Source of the DNA: Trypethelium eluteriae
Lineage: Eukaryota
Length of the DNA stretch: 64,000 nucleotides
Reading direction: 5' to 3'
Assembly: GCA_051942245.1 (NCBI GenBank)
Contig: JAVECL010000024.1
Location: 1-64,000, forward strand
Positions within the stretch are counted from its first letter, which is position 1; every line of letters starts with the position of its first letter. The translations under genes were made by a program, and so were the position numbers. This document shows, piece by piece, positions 10,760 through 20,400 of the stretch. The notes under the pieces were generated by a model, which worked only from the letters and a program-made list of their open reading frames with translations, was not told the origin of the DNA and ran no database searches.

Positions 10760-11977
10760 TTAAAACGCCCATTGCTGCATCCAGAGATCCATCCATTCAA
10801 AACTGACCTTGTTAAGTGCTCTCAATGTCGGACTATACTGAACTGTCTGTTTTGTTTCCAGGGTGACTGAGCGTGCCTTTGGGAACCGCACGGCCTTATC
10901 GGCCAAATTACTGTAAAACTCGAAGAGTTTTGCTGCTGGATTCAGAGCGTAGTCGGGTGTTTCTGACATGTTTTTCTGGAGCGCGGTGACCCATTCTGTA
11001 AATTCTACAATGGCCACGTCGCCGCCCAGATGCTTGACAATAGCCGGTAGCAAAGAGTGCCAAGAACAGGTCCGCGGGTTGACGATGTGATACACTGCAT
11101 TTGAAGAGGTCTGACTCTTCGACCGCCTCTGCGAAAGCTCCATTTGGCAAGGTAGAAGATCCACGACAACCTGCGCGAGCAAATCGACGGGGATCCAGTC
11201 AATTGTTTCCAGTGGTCCAAGAGAGCTTGGCAATAGCTTCAAGTGTTTGGAGGATGCAATGAGACTCGGCAGCCACTCCTGCTTGTTCCATTGGCCATTC
11301 TGCCCATGCAATACAGGTCCGCCAACTTGACCGACACGACAAATCGCAGTCTTGACGCCAGTTGTTTTGCTCGCTTCGGCAAGAAGACGTTCGCTTACAA
11401 GCTTCGACTGTCCATAGCCCATACTTGCCACGCGCCAGTCCTCGATAATCTTTTCTGGCACTCTTTCCCGAGATCCCGGTGTTGCGCCCCATCTTGCTGC
11501 GACACTGATGGAGGAGATGAAAAAGAAGGTCACATCGTAAGTGCAGCGGGTTGCGAAGTCGAGAAGCTGCTTTACGCCACGGATCTGGGGTTCGAATGAT
11601 GTGAAAGCGCGATTGAAGTCTACCGGCCATGCATTATGTAATATGTGTGTCGCTTCGCTTGTTAAAGAGCTGTAGACAAGCTCTGATAGTCCCAGAAAGT
11701 CCTTTGTCGTGTCACATTCAAGGAACTCGATTTTGGGAGGACCCAATTCCGTAGAAAGACCGCGGGCGCGATGTGACTTCCATTGGCGCTGTTCTGCATC
11801 GCTCGACCGATTGAGACATATTACTCGTTCAACTTTCGAGCTGCGTACGAGGGTATCTAAAAGATAGCTCCCAAGAGATCCGGTCGAGCCAGTCAGAATA
11901 ATCGTCATCCGAGACTTTGTAGGTTTCTCCGGTGGCGCGTTCACCTTCTTTGTTCCGAATGATGTGAAAGATGGCAT
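10760..11977 (-). CDS. Stand-alone thioester reductase (NAD_binding_4 / R domain), 405 aa
   Basis: Rossmann IILTGSTGSLGSYLL, HNAWPVDF, FISSIS, catalytic GYGQSK (YxxxK), CRVGQVGGP, WNKQEWLPSLIASS, DWIPVD; in-frame TAA four codons upstream of the ATG. Confidence 0.88.
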   Translation of the reverse strand: MPSFTSFGTKKVNAPPEKPTKSRMTIILTGSTGSLGSYLLDTLVRSSKVERVICLNRSSDAEQRQWKSHRARGLSTELGPPKIEFLECDTTKDFLGLSELVYSSLTSEATHILHNAWPVDFNRAFTSFEPQIRGVKQLLDFATRCTYDVTFFFISSISVAARWGATPGSRERVPEKIIEDWRVASMGYGQSKLVSERLLAEASKTTGVKTAICRVGQVGGPVLHGQNGQWNKQEWLPSLIASSKHLKLLPSSLGPLETIDWIPVDLLAQVVVDLLPCQMELSQRRSKSQTSSNAVYHIVNPRTCSWHSLLPAIVKHLGGDVAIVEFTEWVTALQKNMSETPDYALNPAAKLFEFYSNLADKAVRFPKARSVTLETKQTVQYSPTLRALNKVSFEWMDLWMQQWAF

Positions 11978-14061
11978 TGCGTGCTGTTAGAGTAGTCTCC
12001 GATCTTTTTGACGAAATCATAGCATTATTTTCCGTGAAAGGGGTACGACCGAGTTTGAAGCCAGATTGAAGTCTGAAACAACCCTGTAAGAAAACGGTGG
12101 ATCGTCGCGATTTGATTTAGTGTTACACATTCATGATCCATACTGTATCTGTTGACCGACTGAGCGACGCACGCGAAGTGTGGTGCTCGTTGGTGACGTC
12201 GACGGATGAAAGTTGCATCTTGCTGATTGCTATTTAGAGCCACTTTTCAGCGGCTGCAGCACGGGTCAGGTGTGGCGGCAAGGCATGTGGTTTAGCTTCC
12301 CGCCGGCTCTTTTCAGCTCTTTTGTTGGTGACTGCAGAGCTCTGCTTGTTGGGGCCATGATACTTAGATACGATTTTCTAAGGGCGAAGCTATGCGTAGC
12401 GTCCTATGACACCCTTTTCGAGCAACAGTCTCTTTGTCTCGGCGCATCCGCTATTCGTCAAAATATACACTGGTTGCAAAGATGACGGTGCATTCGTGTA
12501 GCAAAGATGTGTATACCCAAGGTGCTGGACAGTGGGAGAGGAAGAAGTCCGGGAGGCAGATGCAGGCGCCGGCAAGATGCGGCAGATGGCTACGATAGCA
12601 CGTGCCCTACCGTACCAATTGAGGCTGAGGGGCCACCCGTAGAGTAAATATCGTATTGTACGCGAAGAATTTGTGCAGCTTCCCACGTTTGCCTTGCTCT
12701 CGGTCATCCCTTCCAAGGTTGGCGATACAGTTGTTGGCATCAACGGTGAGTGTCGCGAAACAACAAGGGGAACATGCTGGCAGAGTGCTGCAATTGTCTT
12801 CAGCGGGTATGCTTGTCTAATCCCAGAGGTGAGCTACTGGTGCGGTGAAATAGGTCATCGGCGACTCCGAGAGATTATGCCTGATGTTGAGGGCATGAAG
12901 GACGCGATCCGGCCATCGGTTTTCGCACGGAAATCCCAGGCTTATTTGCGCAATAAGCTACAAACAGCCAGAATTGTGCACCAAATAGCGGCAGAGTGTC
13001 GGGAACCGTCACTGTAAGTCTTTCATCTTACCGCTTTTCAACGAACGGATTTCTCCCGATCCGGGACAGTACATTATCATGTATGTAGTATGTGTCGTGC
13101 AAGGGTACCCCAGAGTCAAGGTCTCAAAAGAAGCGATGAAAGTTGCTGTGTCGTAGGTTAAGTAATTAGATTTCTAATAATTTAGTCTATCTAGCTGGTG
13201 TGTAAGAAGTGCGCAGGTAGAGGTACGGTAGTTTTAGTCCTCGTTCTCGGTTCGTCTACGATAGCGGCGACCCTCGACTCTCCCTTCAACTACCTCTATA
13301 GCTACTTGCCCGAGTACGGCCGACATGAAGGTCCAAAATTTCTGCACTTTAGACAGACTCGGCTCGCTTTGCCTCACAAGCGATCTCTTCTCCTGGCGAT
13401 TGACGTCGAGTCAGGAGCCTAACGCAAAAAAGCGCAAGAACAACCGGCATGGAGTCGGCAGGAAAAAACCGCACACAGCCTTTGCGTGCCTCCACGTCCA
13501 CTGCAATTCAAGGTCAGACTTGAGATTGGACTGGCAAGAAGTCAGCAGCTTGCAGCCTGACTACGTAGTTCTCCCTCCTCGGCCGAGACTACATTTGTAT
13601 TACTGTGGTCCGTCAGCCGCAGATCCCCATGACACATCCTTGAAATCATCCCAAGGCTGTGGAACGCGGCCCGGGGCACTGCACTTACAATGCAATGCAG
13701 CGCAGCACTTCACCTATTGACCTAGTCCGATCCACTGAGCTCGACATAGCTGTGTGGACCCAACGATTACAGATTACAGCGCCGTCCCTAGTCCTTGGTC
13801 CTTTGGGCTCTGCTAGCGGGTCCACGGCCCACTTCTCTCCATGGCTTGCCAGTGCATTTAGGTAAGGTAAGATTGCGTATGAGCGTTAGAGAGAGTAGAG
13901 CTATTGGCAGCTCTAGACAGAGAGTCATTTATACGATGTCGCCAACATCGAATGCATTACATCGCTACTTTCAAGACTCGATCGCTCAGATCGCCTCACA
14001 GAAATATCTCCATTAATCCTTTCTTGAGTACTCCGTAAAGAAACTGCGTCTGCCCCTCACA

Positions 14062-15425
14062 ATGTCTTCTGCTCTGTTTCTCTGTAAGGAACGAATAGCT
14101 CCGTGTCAGCATATTCGCAACTACCCCCGGGCTACTGCAGGCACCCAGGAGGATATTTTTCATCTCGCGATAAAGCAATACATACCATTGGGCAATCTCA
14201 ATCCATCTCCCGGAGATGTTACAATCGTTGCAGCGCATGCTAATGGATACACTAAAGAGCTGTATGAACCATTGTGGGATGATTTACTCCTTCAAAGCAA
14301 GAACAACGGTACACTTCGCATCCGTAGTATTTGGATTGCGGATGTTTCCAACTCAGGAGCCAGCGGAGTCATGAATGGGTCCCAACTCGGCAATGATTGT
14401 AATAGCAAAGATCTAGCGATATCCAGGGACCATTACTAACCGAGCATCCAGTATCATTTTTCGACCATTCGCGAGATCTTTTGCATATGATCAACCAATT
14501 CCGTGACCAGATGCCCCGCCCACTGGTTGGACTTGGGCACAGTATGGGCGGTACGAGCCTTGTCAATCTTGCGACTATGCATCCTCGGTTACTAACAAGT
14601 GTAATACTCATCGACCCTATCGTACTCCCAGCTCCTTCGAAAGGTGGTCGTAACCTTCTCCCGGCCTACGCCGTCATCCATAAGCGAGATAAATGGCCAT
14701 CCCGTAAGGCTGCCGAGTCTTACCATTGTCGGAACAAATTCTTCCAATCCTGGGATCCGCGCGTCCTGAGCCTCTTTCTCGAGTTTGGGATTCGGAAGGC
14801 TCCGTCCCCTACTTCCCCTACCAATACGTCATCGGACTCAGAGTCTGTTATACTCACGACTTCCAAGTATCAAGAGGCCCTTGGCCACGTCCGCGCCGCA
14901 TATCCTCCACGCAACCAACCCTTTACTGGTACCCCGCCTCCACGTAAAACCCATCCAGATGTTTTCCGCGATCGTCGCCTTGAAGTCCCCTTCTACCGTC
15001 CAGAACCCTTCCTCGCCTTCACCCAGATCCCGTATCTCTTGCCCACCGTGCTCTACGTTACTCCGGCCTCCTCTCCCGTCACCACGCCCGATGCACGCGC
15101 TGCCTGTATCAGCACGATTGGGACGGGTCTGGGCGGAAATGGAGGCGTGAAGGAGGGTGCGGTGAAAGAGGTTGCACTGCCAAACTCAGGGCATTTCGTG
15201 CCATTTGAGAAGCCGACGGCGGTTGCGGAAGTGGTGGCGTCATGGTTGGATGAGCGGCTGGCCGTTTGGCGGAAGGACGAAGAAGAGGAGAGGAGAGCAT
15301 GGGCGGAGGTCAAGGCGGAGGATAAGAGGAAGGTTGATGAGGATTGGATGTTCTGGATGGAGCAATTTGCGGGGAAAGGGGGTCAGGAAGAAAGGCCGAA
15401 GACTGTTTTACAGTCTAAGCTATAA
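14062..15425 (+). CDS. Abhydrolase_6 family hydrolase (MpaH/Lpx1-like) with C-terminal PTS1 (SKL); 2 exons
   Basis: HANGYTKELYEPLWDDL, IRSIWIAD, DHSRDLLHMINQFR, GHSMGG, GHFVPFE; ends QSKL*; intron 14399..14451. Confidence 0.85.
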
Positions 15426-15637
15426 TATTGGACTCACAACTCGGGCGTGAATCGTTCGTTATTTCTCGTAAATTCATGTCTATCTGCAAGATTGTTGCAC
15501 GGTGAGATGTTAAACGAATTCATTTCCTATTACTACATTGAAAAGAATGTGCTCGTAAACCTCAAGAAGAATGCAGCGCTGATCCGGCTATGCTAAACAC
15601 TTGCACCTATGTAAAGAAACTCGTCTCTCATATCACT

Positions 15638-16567
15638 TTAATTCCTTTCGAGAGTTTCGCTTTCTGTCCCGCTCTCAAAATCTTTTGCCCGCTTGGATGC
15701 CTTCTCTCTCACCAAAGGCACTCTAATGCCAGCATTTTGCTCCTGTCTTTTGAAATCTGCCAGAAGGTCGCCCGGATTGCAGATATTGAACGCCAGCAAG
15801 GCAATTATCATCATTGCCCCATCAAGTGCAATAAAGAATCTCTCCGTCGAAATCAGGTAGCCCTCCCACCCCTGAATCAGTTCGATCGAGCGGTACACAC
15901 CCCTCGTAATCATACAACCGACCGCCAGAAACGTCGCTCCCGTAATCAGCAACAAAGAACGATCCTTCAAAATTTGGGCCCTCCCTTTCCACGCCACCCA
16001 ATCCAGCAGCAACGAAAACACACACGTCGACACGAGCTGGAACACAATCCCCACCACCATAGTCGTCGTCCCCGGCTGTGGCGACTCTCCCTCATCAACC
16101 GCCGACGCCGCCAATCCACCCCCAGTCGCCTGCAGCGTGCCGCAAATAACATCGATGCCAAAGCAGATACCCAGATACGTCTTGGGGGGAACGGGGCTCA
16201 CTTCTCGGCCCAGGATGACGACGAGGACCCACAGCACGACGTAGATGCCGGCCTGGGTGAAGGCCGGAGATAGGATGAGCACGGCGATCTGCAGGGTGAA
16301 GAGAGTGGAGCTGTAGGAGCAGTAGTGGGCGGCGAGGCGGGCGGCCCAGCCGAGGAGCTCGCCCAGGGCGCCGCAGACGAAGAGGAAGAGGAACCATAGA
16401 CGCGGGTGGGTGAGGGCTTTCCAGAGGTGGAGGGCCAGGGAGAGGGCGAAGAGGATGGTAAAGATGAGGCCCGGGGCGAGGGAGGGGAGGTAGTTGAAGG
16501 AGTTCGAGATGGACGGATCATAGGCTGTGCAGCTCGGAGGGGTGGGACTGGGACTGGCGTTTGGCAT
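15638..16567 (-). CDS. RTA1-like lipid-translocating exporter (7-TM)
   Basis: FNYLPSLAPG, ELLGWAAR, LILSPAFTQAGIY, LQATGGG, RGVYRSIELIQGWEGYL, ERFFIALDG; intronless. Confidence 0.9.
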   Translation of the reverse strand: MPNASPSPTPPSCTAYDPSISNSFNYLPSLAPGLIFTILFALSLALHLWKALTHPRLWFLFLFVCGALGELLGWAARLAAHYCSYSSTLFTLQIAVLILSPAFTQAGIYVVLWVLVVILGREVSPVPPKTYLGICFGIDVICGTLQATGGGLAASAVDEGESPQPGTTTMVVGIVFQLVSTCVFSLLLDWVAWKGRAQILKDRSLLLITGATFLAVGCMITRGVYRSIELIQGWEGYLISTERFFIALDGAMMIIALLAFNICNPGDLLADFKRQEQNAGIRVPLVREKASKRAKDFESGTESETLERN

Positions 16568-17424
16568 GATTGAGACTGTGACTCGCCAGGCTGCAGTAGT
16601 AGAGGGAAGTTGAGGATTGAGATATAACGAATTTATATTCCACGGTGTTCTTTATGCCCCGTATACATAGGATGACGAGTTGGCTATGACTTGTTATGGA
16701 GCCGCGTGCAATAGATGAGATGAAGGAAAAGAGGATTGGAGATGAGGGCTTTTGGATATCTTCATATACACAGACTTCTCCCGTTGTCGCAAGTATACCC
16801 TAACGCTGGACACACAAACATTGCACCGTCCAATGCTCGATCCAGCAAAGACAGGAGACTCGTCCCGTCCCATTTCCCGTGTCCGCTGCTTCGTAGCATG
16901 GTCAAGCCACAAGGAGGATGGAGCGAGGACGTTAAAGCCACAGCCATGACACGGCAGAGAATGTTTGAAGAGTGCTGCAGCCTTAAAATCGCATCCGGAA
17001 CTGTGGTAGCGAGTAGATGTGCCGTGCCGTGCGGACGAACAATGAAGCCGACTGTGGCTAAGTTTTGGTGTTTCGTGCATTGTGCATTGTTCAAGCGCGG
17101 CAATGACGTCTCACGGCGCCCACCGCGCCTTTGACTGTCCGCCTCAATCGAATTCCTGAAGTTGACATCGGCGCTAACAGCAATCTGAAATCCTACAGAA
17201 GCTGAACAGTATGAATTGGCTAATGACTCCATTTTCCGAGCATGCAGTCACACGTGGCTACTGGCAACATTTATACTCTTGCCACTAGATTAATCTGCGC
17301 GGTAAGCACATGGCCCTGGGCAGTAACACCTCTGAAGGCAATTCCTGTGTTAATCAATGCTATTCAGTGTCAAGCTTGATACCTATTCAGATCCTAACTG
17401 AGAAGTTCTATCAAATCCGAGGGA

Positions 17425-20400
17425 CTAGGCTTTTGCTGAAGCGAATCCCGCGATCACTCTAATCGTTCTAGCCTCTGGCAGCTCTCCGTCGGTCCAATCC
17501 ACTTCCTTAAAGCCTGCCTCCATCATACACCTCTGCCATCGATCCTCACTAGTGACTGCATGCTCGCGCCCGTCCTCAAACAACCACCATCCTTCGAACA
17601 GCCCGACTGCGATATCCAGCCAAAACATATTATGAGTTATCTCCACAAGAGTCAGGACACCATCGTCGCGCAAGAGTCGACGAAGCATTGTCAAGGAACG
17701 AGTTAGGTTCCGTGTCGCATGGATACAGTTGGTGGAGATGATCACGTGGAATGAGTTGAGCCACGATGGCTTGGGCTCAGTCTCAATGTCCAGGACGGAA
17801 AACTCCATGTTGGGGACATTCTTGAACGTGCGTTTGGCTTGCGCCACCAGCGATGCTGAGAGATCTGTGAAAACATAGCGGAAGGGGATTCCGAGTTTCT
17901 GGAGATGTTCGACAATGTATTTGGTGGTGCCACCAGTGCCTGCTCCGACTTCGAGGATTGAAAATTTGCCCGGTGTCTTAGGCCTGGAAAGGGCTCTTGC
18001 CAGGAATTCACCAAGAGCGAGAGTAGCGGAGCGTACAAGCGGCCAGTTCTCGTAAACGTCGTCAAGGTTTTGCTTGTTCGCTTTATCGCCGAAAACGAGC
18101 TGCAATCCGTCTTTGGCGCCGGTCAAACACAGTGCCAGCTCGGATCCTGTTACTTGAACAAGCTTGTGGACGTTAGCGTGCTGAGGATACTCTACAAGAA
18201 TTTGGGTAAAAATGCTGCTGGCTGGTGTAGGATCCACGGGTTTCGATGTTCGGATAAATTCTCCCTGATCATTGCATTTTATGAGCTTGGCGTCTTCAAG
18301 AACGCGGAAGAGCTGGCGGACGAGCTGCTTGTGTCTTGGTAAGTGGGAAATGCTTGGTACGACGTCATTGGCCTTGAGCTGTGCCATGTCACGTCCCAAT
18401 ACAGCAAAGCCTTCGACGACGTAAGCAAGAACAAGACTTGCCTGACGAGGATATGCGTGCTCCCAGAATCCAGCAGCCTTGGTTTCGACAGCGAAGCGGT
18501 CGTACTCAAATTTACTCTCTACGAATGCCTCGTGGGGTCGAATCGTTCCTGGCAGAGACTGCGTGCTCTCCCCAGGAGGTTGTATGTTTTTGGCCTCACC
18601 CGATCCCTGAACTGTTGCGAGATTCGCCTCATCGGGTCCTGTCCTGTCAGACCCAATACCTAAAACAGAGTCAATGTGGGTACAGATTGCCCGCACATTG
18701 GGGAAGAAAAGGATTTTGTTCAGATCAATCTCGATTCCAAACGAAGCTTGAAGGTCATTCAAGAGTTCCATAACAACGAGCGAGTCAATCCCGAGATCTT
18801 CAAGCGTGGAGTCATCACTGATTTCGTCCGGAGGAATGTCTGTTACACGGTGCAAAATTTCTCTCAGCTCCTGTCTCTTACTACCTGCGCGAGGTTCTAA
18901 GGGTTGTGATCGATCTGACACTGGCTCTGGAGGCGTAAATTGCGATTGAGCTGGAGTTGAAGCTCCAGAGTCATCTTTCGGTGCATCCACGCTATTCGAT
19001 ATACCGGTGTTATTTGCACTCTGCAACGCCTGGGCTAGAACAGACATCGATGTCCTCGTGAATTCAAATCCTAGGAAGGCAATCGCTACTCTCTCCTCCT
19101 TTGCATCGAAGATGTAAACGTCGCATTCGGTGCGCTGATCGGTGTCCTCTGTCAGGAGCGCATAAGCCAACCAATCTCCAGCATGGATGTCAAAGCTACC
19201 GCTGGTAACGATCTGCTTTATACCTAAGCATACGAGGACCTCTTCGGTGCTTGGGTGGCAAAAATAATTGACAAGAATGCCAGCAAACTGCATGAGGCTG
19301 TCGATCACCGGTGTATCGTATAAGTTTTCGCTGGAGTCGAGCCGGGGATTGACTTTTGCGACTACTCGTCCTGCTGCTTCATGACCCATGCAGGAAATGC
19401 TTTTGATACCTTGGTACATTTCGTCAAAATGCACTAACCGTTGGATGGCCTGGTAAATGTGCTTCCCCTGCATCTTCTCTCCATCAGTAGCATTGAGGAT
19501 GGAGAGACACCGATTAAATCCAATTAAAGAACCATAACGCTTCATCTTTTGACCAAGTGCAGGATCACCGCGTCTCTTGAGTCCAACCTGACCCGTTGTG
19601 TGGATAGCATCATTGGTTCTGCCATCCTTGGTTCGGCTCGATACCACAAAAGACCATAGAAGCTGCTCGTCGCCTACGCAGCTCAGCGTGAAGAAGATAT
19701 CTTTGTTTTCGTCAAGTCCAATTGGGCTCCTCATCTGCAGCGATTTGATCGAGGTCACATGGGTCTCGTATGTTGCCGACGGGACTAACGCCATTGCAGT
19801 ACGCGAAAGAAGCTCAATGTACAGCGAGACGGGAGCAAGGGCCTGTCTCGAGGTAATGTGACCTTTCAGTAGCATCTTGTAACGCTCACTCTGAGGATCA
19901 ACAAGGAAGACAGCAACTTTCTTGCTTTCGTCTTGGAAGCCAATAAAGGAAAAGAACTCATGGATCAGACGAGGCTGCGCAAATGTATCTGACTCCACGG
20001 CAGGCTTTTCTTCGACTCGATCAACAAATGGAAGCCAGTGTTTGGTCTTTTCAAATTGATACGGAGGCACGTTCTTGTGATCATATTGGTGTCTCTGAAG
20101 GCGATGGAAAGGCCAAAATCGGAGCGCATAGCCAGTTTTACACAACGCAACGGTCAATTCTGCCAGCGCATTCATCACCTCGGGCGACGATAGGACAGAA
20201 GGACGGTATCTTTGTGGTGATGCAGACTTGGAACCCATGCAGTTTTGGACCAGCGAGATTACAGAAGTTCTTTGGCCAGCTTCCAACCACGTGCAGTCAC
20301 CAAACCTCTCAGTCAGCCTACCAATCGCTTCTTTAAAAAAGACGGGCTTTCTAGTATGTTCCGGAATCAACCAGGGCCCTGGATCTGTATTGGTGGACCC

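Noticed and set aside
11594..11970. 14-nt repeat GAATGATGTGAAAG occurring twice in the R gene
   Set aside because: Both copies encode FTSF in frame; too short to infer a rearrangement scar
11978..14061. Short ORFs in the 2.1-kb intergenic region as a cluster regulator
   Set aside because: No Zn2Cys6, bZIP or other recognisable motif; overlapping ORFs on both strands look random
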